A stretch of 64,000 nucleotides of DNA from Lama guanicoe (lineage: Eukaryota), in NCBI GenBank assembly GCA_013239625.1, contig MU053559.1, forward strand, positions 3,598,607-3,662,606, in the 5' to 3' direction. This document shows, piece after piece, positions 1-13,100 of this stretch. The stretch's first letter is position 1, and the number at the start of each line of letters is the position of its first letter. The notes under the pieces are model-generated. The model saw only the letters and a list, made by a program, of their open reading frames with translations. It was not told where the DNA came from and made no database searches. The translations under genes and the position numbers were made by a program.

Positions 1-2039
1 TATAAGAAAACATGGAAAGATTAAACTCAGGACTGCATAAAGATAATCAGAAGATTGATTCTGCATCTGTGACCTCACACTATGAAATTAGAATCATAGA
101 AATAAGAATAATTAATTGCAATAACTTTATTCAACGGCCAATAGGTAGTATACGGTGGGGCTCTAATACTAATTTGTAATTTCTTCTTCCTAAAAGAATT
201 GATGAAAAGCCTTAACACAGTGTTCTTGGGAAATATTCTCATCTTCTTCCTGAGCTGAATATTTTGCAGTTGGCTCTTCCTCTGTGTGTCCCCTACAGTC
301 CTCGTCATGCCATCTGTTCTGATATATCACCCTTTGTTTAGAAGCCCCGATTATGATTTGTAGAAACAGTATTCATCTCAGCATCAGTCATTGTAAAAAA
401 AAAATCACTTTCGGTCCAGTTTGTTTAGCACTTACGTTGCAAATAAGATTTGTTTTTCTTCTGCATGCTCTGCAACATGTCTAGGCATGACCTCTATTTT
501 TCTGAAGCCTTGTAGCTTGTGTGTTTTTGCTTGAGGGCCCACCCCTCTGTGTGGCGCCCCTTCGTCTCTCTCCTGCCCATGCTGTGGCAATTAGGTCACA
601 GAGGAAAGAGTCGTCCTCTGGTTTTTTTGAGCAGAAAAAGTCATTTCTCTTCCATCTCAGCCTTGTGTCTATAAGCCAGCTCAGTGCATCCATCTAGCTG
701 TCAGCCTGTTAAAGAGAGTCATGAAGACTCTAGTTTGTTTCCTGCCAACTCTACTCTGAGCCAGTTCCTGACCAGTCCCCTGGTCCTGGGGCAGGTCTTT
801 CCTTTGGCCTCTTAAACCAGCCTATGGACTTTTGAGTTGGATCTCAAGCTCTAGCCCAATGTCTCATGAAGGGCTTTGACTTGGACTGAAGCTGAGCACC
901 CCCAACTCTGGGGCTGCTTGAGGATGTGATTCCCCTCCAAGCAAGTCCTTGAGACCAAAAGTAAAGTCTTGGTCCACTGAAAGGTCCCCAACTGTTTCTT
1001 GTTGTCCCCAAGGAGGGGATTCGGCCACTCTCAGGTTAGGATCCAGGCTGATAACGGATATTTCACTGGGCAGAACCAAAGCCCCTATAACGTGGAACAG
1101 TTGTTAAGTTGTTAAAATTTTGATTTAACATTGTTAAAGAGCTGCGATGGCTGAGACCCTTTCATCATTTCATCCCTCAATGTATGCTTCAAAAGAGATT
1201 AACAGAGAAGTTGGGGAAAAGAAACTGGTACACTCTAAAGAATATAATTTTAAAACACATTTTCTATCCCCTGTGAAGCTTCCAGCATGCAAAAAAAAAA
1301 GTGAAATGTACAACTTAGATAATATCTGATGAACTCAGTTCTGCACAGTCTGCCTTTTATTGAAACCTCCTGTGGCATCATAAGAGACTCACTGAGATAT
1401 CTGTTAATGAAAAGCTGGACAGCAAGAAAACGGTAATAAGGACTTTTTATCTCTGGCAGTCTTCTAATAAAAAAATGAAAGTAAGTTCATTTTAATTGAT
1501 GAAAGAAATACAGATTTCATCAAGTTGGAAAGGCAAATAAACACTGCCTAGCGCCGGAGGCGAGGATGGAAAACAGCATTCCTCTGTGCTTCTTGGTTAG
1601 AGATGCTGAGCATCACCTATTGGGGCATGAATTAGGTTCATGGTAATTGTTTTCGTATTTGGTTTTCCTAGGATTAGCATCATTTCTTGTTTATAAAGGC
1701 ATATTTCCAATGATGAACACAGTGCCTGACACAGAGTCGGCGCTCGATAAATCATTCTGAAACGGATGAATAAAAGATAATGTGGGATCTCTTCCTGCAG
1801 GGATTTATTACTTGGGAAGAGAAGACACAGGCACACACATACAGACATGCATACACACACAAATGATGCTTTCTATCATTTTATTCGCTGTTAATATTTC
1901 ACTGGTATTATCTGATTATTACACTATTGGTTTTGCAGTGTTTGTTAATAAGTCTTAAAGGTGGTCAAAAATGTTCTTTGTACCCTGGACTGTGTCCAGT
2001 TCTTCCCATGCTCTGGCCTTAGGCTTGCCTCCCATCTCT

Positions 2040-2320
2040 GCCTGGCATGTTTGTCTTCCTCAATAGTTGATTAACCCCTGTTCATCCTTCAAGACCCAGC
2101 AGAAAACTCACTTCCTCTGGGAAGGTCTTCCTCACATGATTGCCTGGGCAATTATCTGGCCCTGCTGCATGTTCCAGAGCAACATTCAGAATTACACTTG
2201 TGATTGCTCTTCCTGATGGAGAATGAGCCCCAGGAGGGCAGGGTCAGCCTCTGTCTCATTCATCTCTCCCCTGGGGTTCAGCATAGTAGATGTTCCATAA
2301 ATGCTTGGATAATGAACAGG
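2040..2320 (+). mobile_element. Degraded L2 LINE 3' fragment
   Basis: Resembles the L2 3' end (ttcatccttcaagacccagc...cttcctctgggaagg...cagcatagtagatgttccataaatgcttgg); boundaries approximate. Confidence 0.5.
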
Positions 2321-2417
2321 CACCTTATCATTAGGGTCACTTTGAGATGGGGGGGGGGCTCTGGACCATGGAGCTGGTTCTGAAACTGATGAGGAGCAGA
2401 GGCCTAGTGTAGAGGAA

Positions 2418-2545
2418 AATGTGCTCAAGATGTGTGGTCCATAGACAGCAGCACTGGCATCCCCTGGAGCCTGTTAGAAATACAGCTTCTCAGACCCCAG
2501 ACTTGGGTGATTTGTATGCAAATTCAGGTTCAGGAAGCGCTGCTT
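2418..2545. mobile_element. MER5-like hAT-Charlie DNA transposon relic
   Basis: gtggtccatagacagcagcactggcatcccctggagcctgttagaaatacag...tcaggaagcgctgc resembles the MER5 consensus as recalled. Confidence 0.55.
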
Positions 2546-4054
2546 TCAGAGGCTTCCTCCGGCCACATGATGCTAAGGGAGAAGACGGACCTTGGGAGTT
2601 AACCAACCAGGAGACCGAAGACCCTGAACAGGCCTGGATGACTACCTGGATGTGTCCCTAAAGGATCCCGTTTCCCCCTACAGCCAAGTCCTGAGTTTTA
2701 TTTCAACCCACATTTGACCTCATAGAGCACATGGTAACTGACTACCTTTTTCTGGGGAAAATGCTGTTTGCCAGCCAGTGACTTTTTTCCATGGACACCA
2801 GGGAACTGTAGTTCCTCCCCTGGCCTTGTTGCCAGCTGGACATGGAGAAGGGACAGTCAGCCTGCAATGGACTCACGCTTTATATGCCCAGGCCTCTGGC
2901 TGACTTTGCATTGCTGGAACCAAGCAAAAGACATATGAAGCAGATTGTACACGTATCCTCTCCACCCATCCCACCCCACCCACCTGGACATGTAAGTCAC
3001 TTGTAGGCTAGGTGAGGGGACAGAGTGGCCACAGCTAAGGAGCCCGAAGCTTCAGGGGTCTGTGGATGGACGTGGATGGGTGAGTCCTGACCAGGAGGCC
3101 AACATAGGCTGTCTGCCGGGTAAGGCAGTGGGGACATGGGCTCAACATTCAAGCACAGGGGCTATTTTATACCAAAGCAGGAGAGATGGAGGGTTTCTAG
3201 AATTCAAGTTAGAGCTGGACCAAGACATTCTCTGCCGCCAGTAACTTCTCAGTCACAGACATACCCAAACCCTAGTCTGAAGACAGCAGAAGCTCCGAAT
3301 ACTTCGGCAGCAAGTGGATACACGGACTGGGGTGGGATGAGATGCAGGTTTGCTTCAGTGTCTCATCAATTCACCAGACCTGGAACAAGTACCCCCCCAT
3401 CAGGTCCACAGCGGCCCCTAGTCCGAACAGAAGCACTTCCCACAATTATTTCTTGACAGGCCAGCCTACATGGCTTCTTTCCACTTTCAGCTCTCAGGGG
3501 TGGCTTTCCTAGTGGTCTGAAGAAATAGATCTCTGTTTTATTTGGAGCTACCTCAGCTTAAATACCTGTAATCTTGTTGAATCATTCCCATGCTTGGCAA
3601 AGACAAGGCCCACATCCCAGGGCCATAAACAACTCCCCTTGCTGTTTTGGGGGGCTCTGAATTCCATTCCGCCTCACCCACCCAAAGCCTCTTCCTGACA
3701 CCACCACTTTCCTGGGCTCCTGTGTCAACAGCCCCCAACACGGGCATACTGGGTTGCTCCAGGAGCAGTTGGCTGTTTGACTCACTTGCAAGCAGGAGAC
3801 AGTTTAAGATAGTCTTTAGGTGTTGCATTTGCAATACTAGAGAAGAGCATTCTGGAGATTCTTGTGGGCATAAAGAAAGGAGAGTGGGGACAGAAGTGGG
3901 CATTTGGAAAGAGGATGAGAGGGGTTGTAAATTCCACTCAGGTATATGCCCAGATAATGGCAGTACTACTATGTGGTAGATGAAGGAGGGTCTTGGAATC
4001 TTCTTGGCTTTTTAAAAAAAAAATTCTTATCTTTTTATCTTGCCTTTGTCCCTC

Positions 4055-4175
4055 GGTAACTCCTTTACCTCGCTTTCCTCATCTGTAAAATGGGCTGTTG
4101 TAAGGTTTAACTGGAATCATGCACATAAAGTGCTTAGTACAGTGCTTGCTAGCAGAAAAGCGCTCCATTAATGGC
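4055..4175 (+). mobile_element. MIR SINE just upstream of the promoter
   Basis: MIR core tttcctcatctgtaaaatggg followed by taaagtgcttagtacagtgc. Confidence 0.7.
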
Positions 4176-4395
4176 TGCTATTCTTTTGCTCCTGTCCAGT
4201 AACTGGGGTGCTGGAGGAAGACACACCACCCTCCCAGCCCCCAAGCTGAGGAGCGCTCTAGGGAGGCTGATGGGAAAATACCGTGCATTAGGCCAAGGGG
4301 CGGTGGCCCCGGGGACGGGCTCTTGGAGGCCCCAGGTGGCCGGTCTGCCCAGGGCTCCGCCCTCCCCAGGTCTGCGCGGCGGAGCTCCGGGCGGG

Positions 4396-4425
4396 GGCGG
4401 TGGCGGTGGCGGTGGCGGTGGCGGT
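4396..4425 (+). repeat. (GGCGGT)5 hexanucleotide repeat in the promoter
   Basis: Five perfect units read directly. Confidence 0.95.
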
Positions 4426-4603
4426 GCGCTCCAACCGGCCAGCGCGTAGGCGGGCGGGCGGGGCTCCGCGACCGGACGCCCTGGGCGGGCAATATAGCCG
4501 CTCGGCGGAGGCGCGGGTGCGCGGGGGCAGCGCAGCGGGCGGGGGCCGAGATCCAGAGACCGGAGCGGCTGGCACCGGGGCCACCCGGAGAGGGGCGAGC
4601 GCC

Positions 4604-4649
4604 ATGAGCAGCAAATGCGACGTGATCGTGGTGGGGGGCGGCATCTCAG
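4604..4649 (+). CDS. MAOB: Monoamine oxidase B, coding exon 1 (MSSKCDVIVVGGGIS + first base of Gly16)
   Basis: gccATG start; recognisable MAO-B N-terminus with start of the GxGxxG FAD-binding motif; 46 nt; donor CAG|gtcagt, phase 1. Confidence 0.97.
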
Positions 4650-6649
4650 GTCAGTCGCGGCTGCGCACCCTCCTTCCTCCTCCCGGGCTCCGACAAGTGG
4701 CCGCCCCGGGAGGCGCGCGGGGCGGCCGGAGGGAGGGGTGCCCCCCAGGAGCCCCTAGACTCTCCAAACGCCGGCGGGGGTCTAGCGGGTCCCGAGTTCC
4801 GCACCCGGAATCCTCCCTGGGGGAAGGATTTGGTGCGTCCCTGGACAGGAGCCGGGGGCTGGAAGTCTGTTGAAGGTCTGGGGCCAGAATTTGAACTTCT
4901 CCCCCGGAAAGCTGCCAAGCCAGCGCTTGCTGGAATTTTCGAAGCGAGGAGAAACAGAGTGGGCAGGAGAGGGGCTCTTCGTAGGGGATGGCCCAAAGGT
5001 CAGTCACTTGCCCCAAGCAAAGGTCAGTCATTTTGCCCCAACCTGCCCTGAACGCTCTGCGCCCTTACTTGGAGCAGGCGTGCACGGCGACGCGCTGTTA
5101 TTCTGGCACCAGGAGAACGACCTTGAACATTTCCCCGTTCAGAAACAAGGCATTCGCCCCGGGGGCAGTCGATTGCCGGAGACCCTCCTGACCCTGATTC
5201 TTTGTGGTTCCATGATTGCCCTGGGACCTGGGGCTGCAGGACTTTCTTGTCAAATGCCTCTTCTCTCATTCCCCTCCCACTTCAGGCAGTTAGAGGGTGG
5301 CCAAGTCGCCCAGCAGAATGGGGACAGAAATTACCCTCTCAAACATGGGACATGGGGGGCAGTGTGCACAGCAGGAGCCCCCAGAAATAGAAGCCAGGAG
5401 AGGGATGTGGACAGTGGGGGAACCTACCTTCAGAGGAGGAGGGTCAGGTGGATCACTTGGAGTGGGGTCAGTGGAAATAAGCAATGCTTTCAGAACAGCC
5501 TAACAGACCACTGGGGATGCTTTGGCCAAACCCCCAGGACCTCCTGGTGCTTGGGCAGTAACTAGGACACCTCTAAAATCCGTGGGTGTGTGGGATAGGA
5601 TGTGCCCTAACCAGATCTCAGGAGCAGGGCTCACCAGATCTCAGGGGCGAGACTCCGTCTTGCTCCCTGTGAGGCCTGCAGGGCAGAGGTGCCCTGACTC
5701 TTTTTTGCCCAGGAGAAGAAACCAAGGTGTTGAACGTTGGGTGCTGCCCCTGATTCTCTGCTGCTCCTCCACTCCAGCTTTCTTCACCCTTGAATCAGAT
5801 CTCAGGCTACCACTTCTGTCTGCCTGGTCCTCCTGAGCGCACCCCTGCCAGGTGCACAGATGCATAATCACAACAGCTCGCTGAGATGGGCCAAGGCTGA
5901 GTTTTCTTTCAGTATTTTTGACATCTTCTCTACTAAAGGAACTTGGACTTGAAAACTTATCTACCTAGGTGTTCTACAAAATATTACTAGGTGCTTCTCC
6001 ATGCTGCCTTGCACAGCACCCATATTATGGAAACTGAGGATTCTCTTTCCAGTCCCCCAAAGTCCTTTTCTTGCCCAAAATATGTCTAATGGGGTCAGAT
6101 TCTTCTATTCCCCACCCCCTTTATTTTGACTTTTCTTATTCGCGCTCTAAAGCTTCAAGCTCACTCAAGCTTATTCACATTAGACTTCTATGGAAAGTGT
6201 TTAGCTATTTCTACAGTGGTAGTGAATCTCCATATTCAGCCCCAAATTCTCCAAACAAGGGACTGATGAGTAGATCTGACTTCTCAAGCATGTTACATGG
6301 AATAGGCATTGTTCTAGAAACCAAGAAAGCAGACCGTATGCAATTGCTTTATCTGCTACATGAGGATAACACCAATTATACATACAGGGTCATAGCTACA
6401 TTACAGGGTGGTGGTAGAAGGCAAGTGAGGCAATATGTGTGAAGATGGCATTGCAAAGTCAGATGTATGACACAAGGTCTTACAAGGGTTTTGCTCATTT
6501 ATTCAGGCCATAGACATTAGGGTAGGCTGTGGTAGACCATGGAAAAATCAATCCCATTATTCTTGCCCTGGAAGATTTGTCAATCCAGGAAGGGAGATGA
6601 GGTACCCAAAGAAAATACAAGTTAGAAAGTGGTAGATGCCACAAAAGGG

Positions 6650-7400
6650 GTCCACTCATTCACTGGTTAACCATTCATTCAACGAACATTTGCTTCCTGT
6701 CCCACACCTTATCCCAAAGGGAATGAAAGATGAATTATACAGAGCCATTGCCCCTGGGGGACTCAACCAGCTGATGGGGGAGGCAGAGTCATGAACAATT
6801 AATACTAATGAAAGGTGAATGTTGAAATCTGCCTGAGAATATCTGGGCAGACTTCACAGAGGTGGTGACGTTTGATGTAGGTCTGAAGGAGTGAATATGG
6901 ATTCACTAGGAGACTGGATGAAGAAAGTATTTGAAGCTAAGGAACAGCTTATATAAAATCACAAATATGGGAAAGAAGATTGCAGCATGGTTAGGAAATC
7001 GTAAGAACTTCAGTGTGGAGAGTTGGGGGGACTTGTGGGGAGCCTTGTATATCATCCCAAAAGATTTAGTTCCTTCTGTGGTTGATGAACAGCCACTGAT
7101 AATTTTTCATTCACAGAGTGACATGTTTCAAGTGACGAGAATATGGTGATGCAAAAAGTGGGACATGCGGAAGAAGAGGAGCAAGTCTGGAGGAAAGATT
7201 TAGAGTTGGAGGTGCTGGGTGGATGCCCAGGGAGGGATGTCTAGCAGGTGGAAAGGCAAGGAGGAAGCTGGGGTTGCAGATTTGTGTGACAGAGCAGTTT
7301 TAGTTGAAGCCACCTGAAATGACCCAAACCGAGAGTGGAGAGAGAAGAGGGGATGCCCAGGGCAGAACTGGATGAGAGGGTGCTTACCCCCTCCACAGGG
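6650..7400 (-). mobile_element. Degraded L2 LINE fragments
   Basis: cattcattcaacgaacatttg start and purine-rich L2-like body (gacttcacagaggtggtgacgtttga...); approximate. Confidence 0.5.
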
Positions 7401-9801
7401 AGGGAGATGTTTCAGTCATTCTCTATAGTTTGATGAGAGAGATGAAGAAACTGAGTAACTGAAAAACACTTCGTTAACCTCAGATCTTAGCTCAGATGTC
7501 GTTTCCCTGGGGCAGTCTTCCCTTCCCAAGTCCCTCCCAATGGGATTAGATGCCTTTGTTTAACTTCCCTCTGCCATCTTGTTCTTTGCCATGAGTTTTT
7601 AATTGTTCACATATTAGTATAATTTCTCAGCCAATAGCTTTCTCCTCCACTAGGCTGTAAGTCTCTAGAGCCCCGGGGAGGTGTCTCTTTTTCTCCTGGA
7701 GAACTCCTAACCCCCAACTCCAGGGCTCTGCCTGACCCAGTTAGCACCCAATAAATGTGTTGAATTAACGAACTTTTACTTTACACCAACAAAGTAGCAA
7801 CTGACTGGATCTGAAATTCACATCCATTCACTTTTGCATTTCCTGCCAAATCATATTGAGAATGGGGAAAGTGGTAAAATCGGAGTTTTAGAACAAGTAG
7901 GTGACCGACGCAATGGTTTAAAAGTCTAGAATTCGACTCTGGTTTTTTAACTTTGTTAATTATTAAACTTGGGACATTCTGGCAATTCTCTGATAGTTTT
8001 CAAAGCCGTCAGCAAATTTTAATCACTCCCTTTGGGATAAACAAAGATGTACTGGGGGTACAGCTGGTTAACCTATAACTTTCTTTTTTAATGTTTGAAA
8101 AATTCCAAGGCAAGTATAGAACAGCTTTTCTGAAATGTGTGTAGTACTTAAGTGCACACATACTCAAATTTCTTTCACCCAAGGAGCAGGTCATCTCTGG
8201 AGACTTGGCAGAGTGATGGCATTTCCCACATGGAGTTGGACAGCAGCGTATTGCTTCTGTCCTGAGTCTCGGTTTTAATGTTTGGTTTTGGTAGAACCAT
8301 GGAAACTATCTTTTGCAATTCTGGAATGGCTCTTGCTCAAGGCTCTAAATAAAAGCTAAAAAAGGGAAACATGAAGCAGAAAGGAGAACATGTTTTTTTC
8401 CAGGCTTGAGAGAGGAGATCTGGCCATCTGAGGGTGGCAGGAACTTGGCTAAGAGCCTGAAAGAGTCGAAGTCAGCCTTCCAAATGGTAACTGACACCTG
8501 GGAGGTGATCCGTGCGGCCAGGAGGGCAAGCATGCTGCGGGCTGGCGGGACTGGCCTGGGCAGGGGGCGACAGAGAGGGTCCAGAAGGGATCATGAGTTG
8601 AGGGATACGACAGATAGGCAGATGTGGCCTGCGTGTTAATGACAAAGCCCCCTCCTCATCTCTGATGAAGAAAGATGGAGAACTCCCCTGGGCTCCTATG
8701 ACCCACCTGAATGTTCTAAAAAAAATAGTAATTGTACAGAAGTGCTTGGAAATTTGTACAGCCCAGTCAAGGAGGGTCTGGAGAGAGGCAGTATGGCAGT
8801 GTTCAAACAACATCCATCACACATCAAACAGACTCGTTATCAGTCCCATTTCCTGCACTTACTACTGTGTCACCTTAAAATTTCCATCACGCCTCTGCTC
8901 TTCAGCTGCCTTATCTTTGAAAGGGGACTCCCGGTGCCTTTATTGGTGGAGACGTTGTTTAGAAAGAATGCGCAGGAAGTAAGGTACACAGTGGTCATTA
9001 TGGCTTCCGTTTGTTCCTTTTGGAAAATACACCCTTTTTTGGCTTCCAGGGTTTTTTTAATCTGTGAGAGCAGAGGCAGGCATCTCTGTGTAATCTCTTC
9101 TTCCTCCTTGCTAACCAGTCATTTTTCTTGCTGTGAGGCATGTATAAGGTGGCAACAGGATGCGAGTTTTACATGCAGGCATCGGTAGGGACCTGCCTGG
9201 TTCCAGCCTCGCCTTGCCCCAGCCTATCCCTTTATTGCCTCCAGTGAAGGGCCTGAGGAGCTCAGGCTCACCCCGGGCTCTGGGATCCACTGGATTCCTC
9301 ATCAGGAGAAATTTTGGCAGCCAGAGATCTGTATTTCATCCCTACCCCAGCCTGGCTGTTATTCCGATTCTGACCTGGTCCTCATTTCAGCCACCTGAGT
9401 CCTGTCTTAATGATAATAATAATTAAAAAATGCATGACTAATAAGTGGGAATATTATTTATTTATTTAATAATGTTAATTCTTGCATAATAATAAATACT
9501 ACAAGAGCCAGCATGTTGAGTGCTGTTTATACGTTTATATGTTAAACTGAGTAACAGTGAGGTGCTATTAGCATCTGCTGGGCACCAAATGAATTCACAG
9601 TCTTCATGCAGAAATGCGTTCTGCGTTTAGAATTTCCGACATGTTTATCTCTTCAACACAGATTTTAAATGATTGGAGTTTATGATTTTTCTTTCAATTT
9701 AGCTGCTGGCTTTCTTGCATCGGCTGTGTTAATAAATCATACAGAAGCCAAGAAAATAGGGCTTCAAAGCAGCATCCTTGTTACAGGATAATATTCCACG
9801 A

Positions 9802-9839
9802 GTGTGTGTGTGTGTGTGTGTGCGTGTGTGTGTGTGTGT
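9802..9839. repeat. (GT)n microsatellite with one GC interruption
   Basis: Direct reading. Confidence 0.95.
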
Positions 9840-9999
9840 ATTAGCCAATGCATGTGTGTGCACAACCACTGGCAACCTTCTCAACCCAAAGTTTGATGGT
9901 GGAGTCGACTGGCACACTGACACTTTGGATTAGTGGCCACTTTGTCAGCCTGGTAACAGTAATAGCCAAGATCTCCCTGTGTGTTTGCTGGAAGCCAAG

Positions 10000-10195
10000 C
10001 CCCATTGCAAGCACTTTATAGGCATTTTTTCTTTTAATCCTCTGATCCACTTTTTGAAGTAGATAGCTTTAGTATCCCTGTTTTCCATATGAGAAAACCA
10101 AGGCATGGAAAGGGTATCAATTTTGCCTAAGATGGCACCGCTAGTTAGTGGTGGAACCAGGGTAAACACTCTGCTCTTAACCTCTGTGATCTACC
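10000..10195 (-). mobile_element. MIR SINE
   Basis: ccctgttttccatatgagaaaaccaaggc...ttgcctaagatggcaccgctagttagtggtggaaccagg matches reverse-strand MIR. Confidence 0.65.
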
Positions 10196-13100
10196 ACTGC
10201 TGAAAATGTTATTGCAGGAGAAGGTAATTCCAGTCTCTTAACCTTTACCCAACATCAGGGCAGCCATTGTCTCTGTAACAATAACTTAGAATTTGTTTTG
10301 CTATCATTGCGTCACACTGACATGGCTGGAAAGACACACACATTAAGGGCATTCTAGTAATGCAACTGATAAATAGGTCATCAAAGTTTGTTTAAAAATC
10401 CTCAGCTTATAACTAACAATCAGCTGTTCTAATGATTCCTGCATTTTTGACAATAAATACTCAGGTGGCCTCTGCGTCAAATTTATCTTATGAACTTGAA
10501 GAGATCATTTAGTGGCTAACTTATTTCATTAATGTTTTGGACCTTAGTAGCATTTTCACGGTCTATTGACATGATGAAGTCCATATAATGGTTCAGCTTC
10601 AAGTGTTTCTCCAGACATCATGAATGACAACTAAGATTGCTATCACCAAATTCTAATGTTAGTATATTTCTTTATTCCTCTCAAGATTCAGACTGTATGT
10701 GCACAGGCACTCGACTGATGACAATGAATTAGAACTTCTGCAGCTTAAAGGACGTTTAAAATTAGTAAATATTAAGTTATTACAGGTGACAAGATCATAG
10801 TATAGTGGCAGATGTCATCACTACTTGAGACAGACGAAATGCATACAGTTGCATGTGATTCCATGTGAGAACTACCACTAACTTTAGTGTCATCTTTGGA
10901 TTTGGTGGACATTATGCTTACAGTCTTAGCAGTGTTCCATGTGGATCTCTATTACTATATCTCATTTACCATGTTTAATTTAAATTACCTGTTTAAGCAT
11001 CTGTGAACCCTTACCTGATCATAGGCTGTTCAAAATCAGGGACTTTGTATAATGTATCTCCCGATCTCTGGCGTTTAGCAAAGAAACCGGCTTACCCTAA
11101 CTCCCAGAAATTGAATGAAATTGATCGAATCTCTTAATGACGATCATGGGCCTTGATAGGCTTTGGAACCAGGAAAAGGAGGCCCCACAACCTAAAATCT
11201 ATTGAAAGAATGGAGTTAACCTTTCACCTCCTAGAGGAAGCAGAGTAACACGGAAGTTAAATGCAAGGACTCTGGAGCCCAAGGCTTGAGGTCAGATCCT
11301 GGATTCAGACCTGTGTCCTTAACTCTGTAGCTTGGACTAGTTACCTGTTTCCCTAGCCTCCAGATCTATGTGTCAAATGAGGAGTGATGGCCTTGGGGCT
11401 ACCTTCTGGAATGTTCAATAACATTAACTTTATCATTTTTACAAACTAACAGGCAGTACTTAACTGAGGGGATCCTGGAAACGTACAAAATCAAATACTT
11501 GTCTCCATCCCCAAAATGGGCTCAGTTGAGAGGTCATGTTCAGAATGAGGGTTTTTGTCCCCATAACAATGCATCGGAGATTTGCTCAGGTTCAATGTGC
11601 AGCGTTCCCATTTCGCAAGGGCCCCAAGTTTGTTAGGCTTCATTTTTCAGTAATGTCTCTGAATAAAAGTCATGATTTCTCTTGATAATGGTATAAAATT
11701 CTTTCCTCACTTTGAACATCCAGATCACATAAACTTCTTCTGAGCCCCCCAAAAAGTTTTCTCTAATAGAAACATTGGTGACTGAAGATGAGATCATCTT
11801 TAGAGTTTTACCTACTGATGAGAACGTCTGGTTTTCCATCCAAGGAAAAGCAGACCAAGAGATACCAAAGAGCTGATTCCAGGCCTCACAGCCACTTCTT
11901 TTGAATAAAATTACTGTCCTGGGGGATGAACCTTCAGGAGGAAATGCGATTGGACCAAGAACCTGACCAAATAATGCTGGGTGGAAGAGAAAAATTACCA
12001 ATATTTCGAATGCGCTGTTTCTACTTTCAAGTTCGCACAATGGGTCCGTCTTCAGTTAATTCAGTAAATAACCACACTGCATAAAACCAAATCCCAGTAA
12101 GCAACGTTCTAGAGTCAGCATGTGTTTGTTTACTTAGATATAGAAAAAGAGTAAGACCAAGTTCTTAGCCTCAGAAAACTTAAAATGCAATTGGAGGCAC
12201 AAGACCAGCACATACAAGCAATAAGAAATTACTAGAAATAATAAATAATTGAATTGAGTTCTGTATTGTGGGACCCAAGGACTAAGTTAGAAGAAATCAC
12301 TGAAGACCCCAGGAATTGGCGAAGTTTTCATTAAGGGAATAGAATTTGAACAGGTCCTGAAGAACAGTCAAGATTTGAGGTGAGTGGAGAAGAGAGAGGT
12401 TCCTAAGATGGGAGGAATAATAGAAATCATAAGTCTATTGGCTCCAGTTAACAGGTGATATTTCTACTTATAGGAAGGTAGAAAATGCAGCAAGTCTAGA
12501 CTAAGAGGATGGGGAGACTTGGGTAATAAAGTTAGAAGAAGGAGGGTGGGATTAAACAATGAAACATTGAAAAGCAAAGTGAGTTAGCTTCGGTTTTCTG
12601 TGACTGGAAATAGGGGAGCATTGACAATTTTTGCTGTCAAGATAGGGTGGACAGTGGTGTGCCTGATAGGTGCAAGAGGGCAACCCTAGAAGGAAGCCAA
12701 GGGATGGGTAGAAATTCAGGAACAGATTGAGAGGTGATCAGCTGATTATCATGAATTGGGTTATCCTGAAGCTCAAGACAGCTTGCAAGAGAAAGGGGGA
12801 GAGAGGAGGCAAGAACGAAAAGGGGAAGTTCTTCAATGGTACAGTCTCCTTTCTTCTATCTTGCTGAAACATACCCAGAAAAGAAGTATCACCAAAAAAT
12901 AATTAATGTTTTCCCCTTGAAGTTTTGTATTTAGAATTGAAGGACTTGACTGTATTTCAAATTTCCTTTTTTTTTAAACAAAATAAAATCAAAGAGATTT
13001 TATTCCTAAGGGTGGTGACCCAGCTTACTAAATGGCAAACACATCTTGGGCAATCTCAAACACAAAGTGAATAGTTCATTCTATTTGGTAACGTAAAAGT

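Larger units (their letters stand above)
4280..5180 (+). promoter_or_regulatory. MAOB: CpG island / MAOB core promoter
   Basis: Abrupt rise in GC and CpG content around exon 1; overlapping GC boxes (GGGCGG near 4389, 4449-4463, 4483); TATA-like AATATA at 4491-4496, 113 nt upstream of the ATG. Confidence 0.9.

Noticed and set aside
1..4000. Possible exons of a neighbouring gene upstream of MAOB
   Set aside because: The short ORFs show no recognisable homology or consistent splice structure.
4171..5565. Many overlapping ORFs around the promoter, including 231 aa at 4870-5565 and 157 aa at 4400-4873
   Set aside because: Expected from stop-codon scarcity in a GC-rich CpG island; low-complexity products with no recognisable domain. 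Only 4604-4649 is supported as coding.
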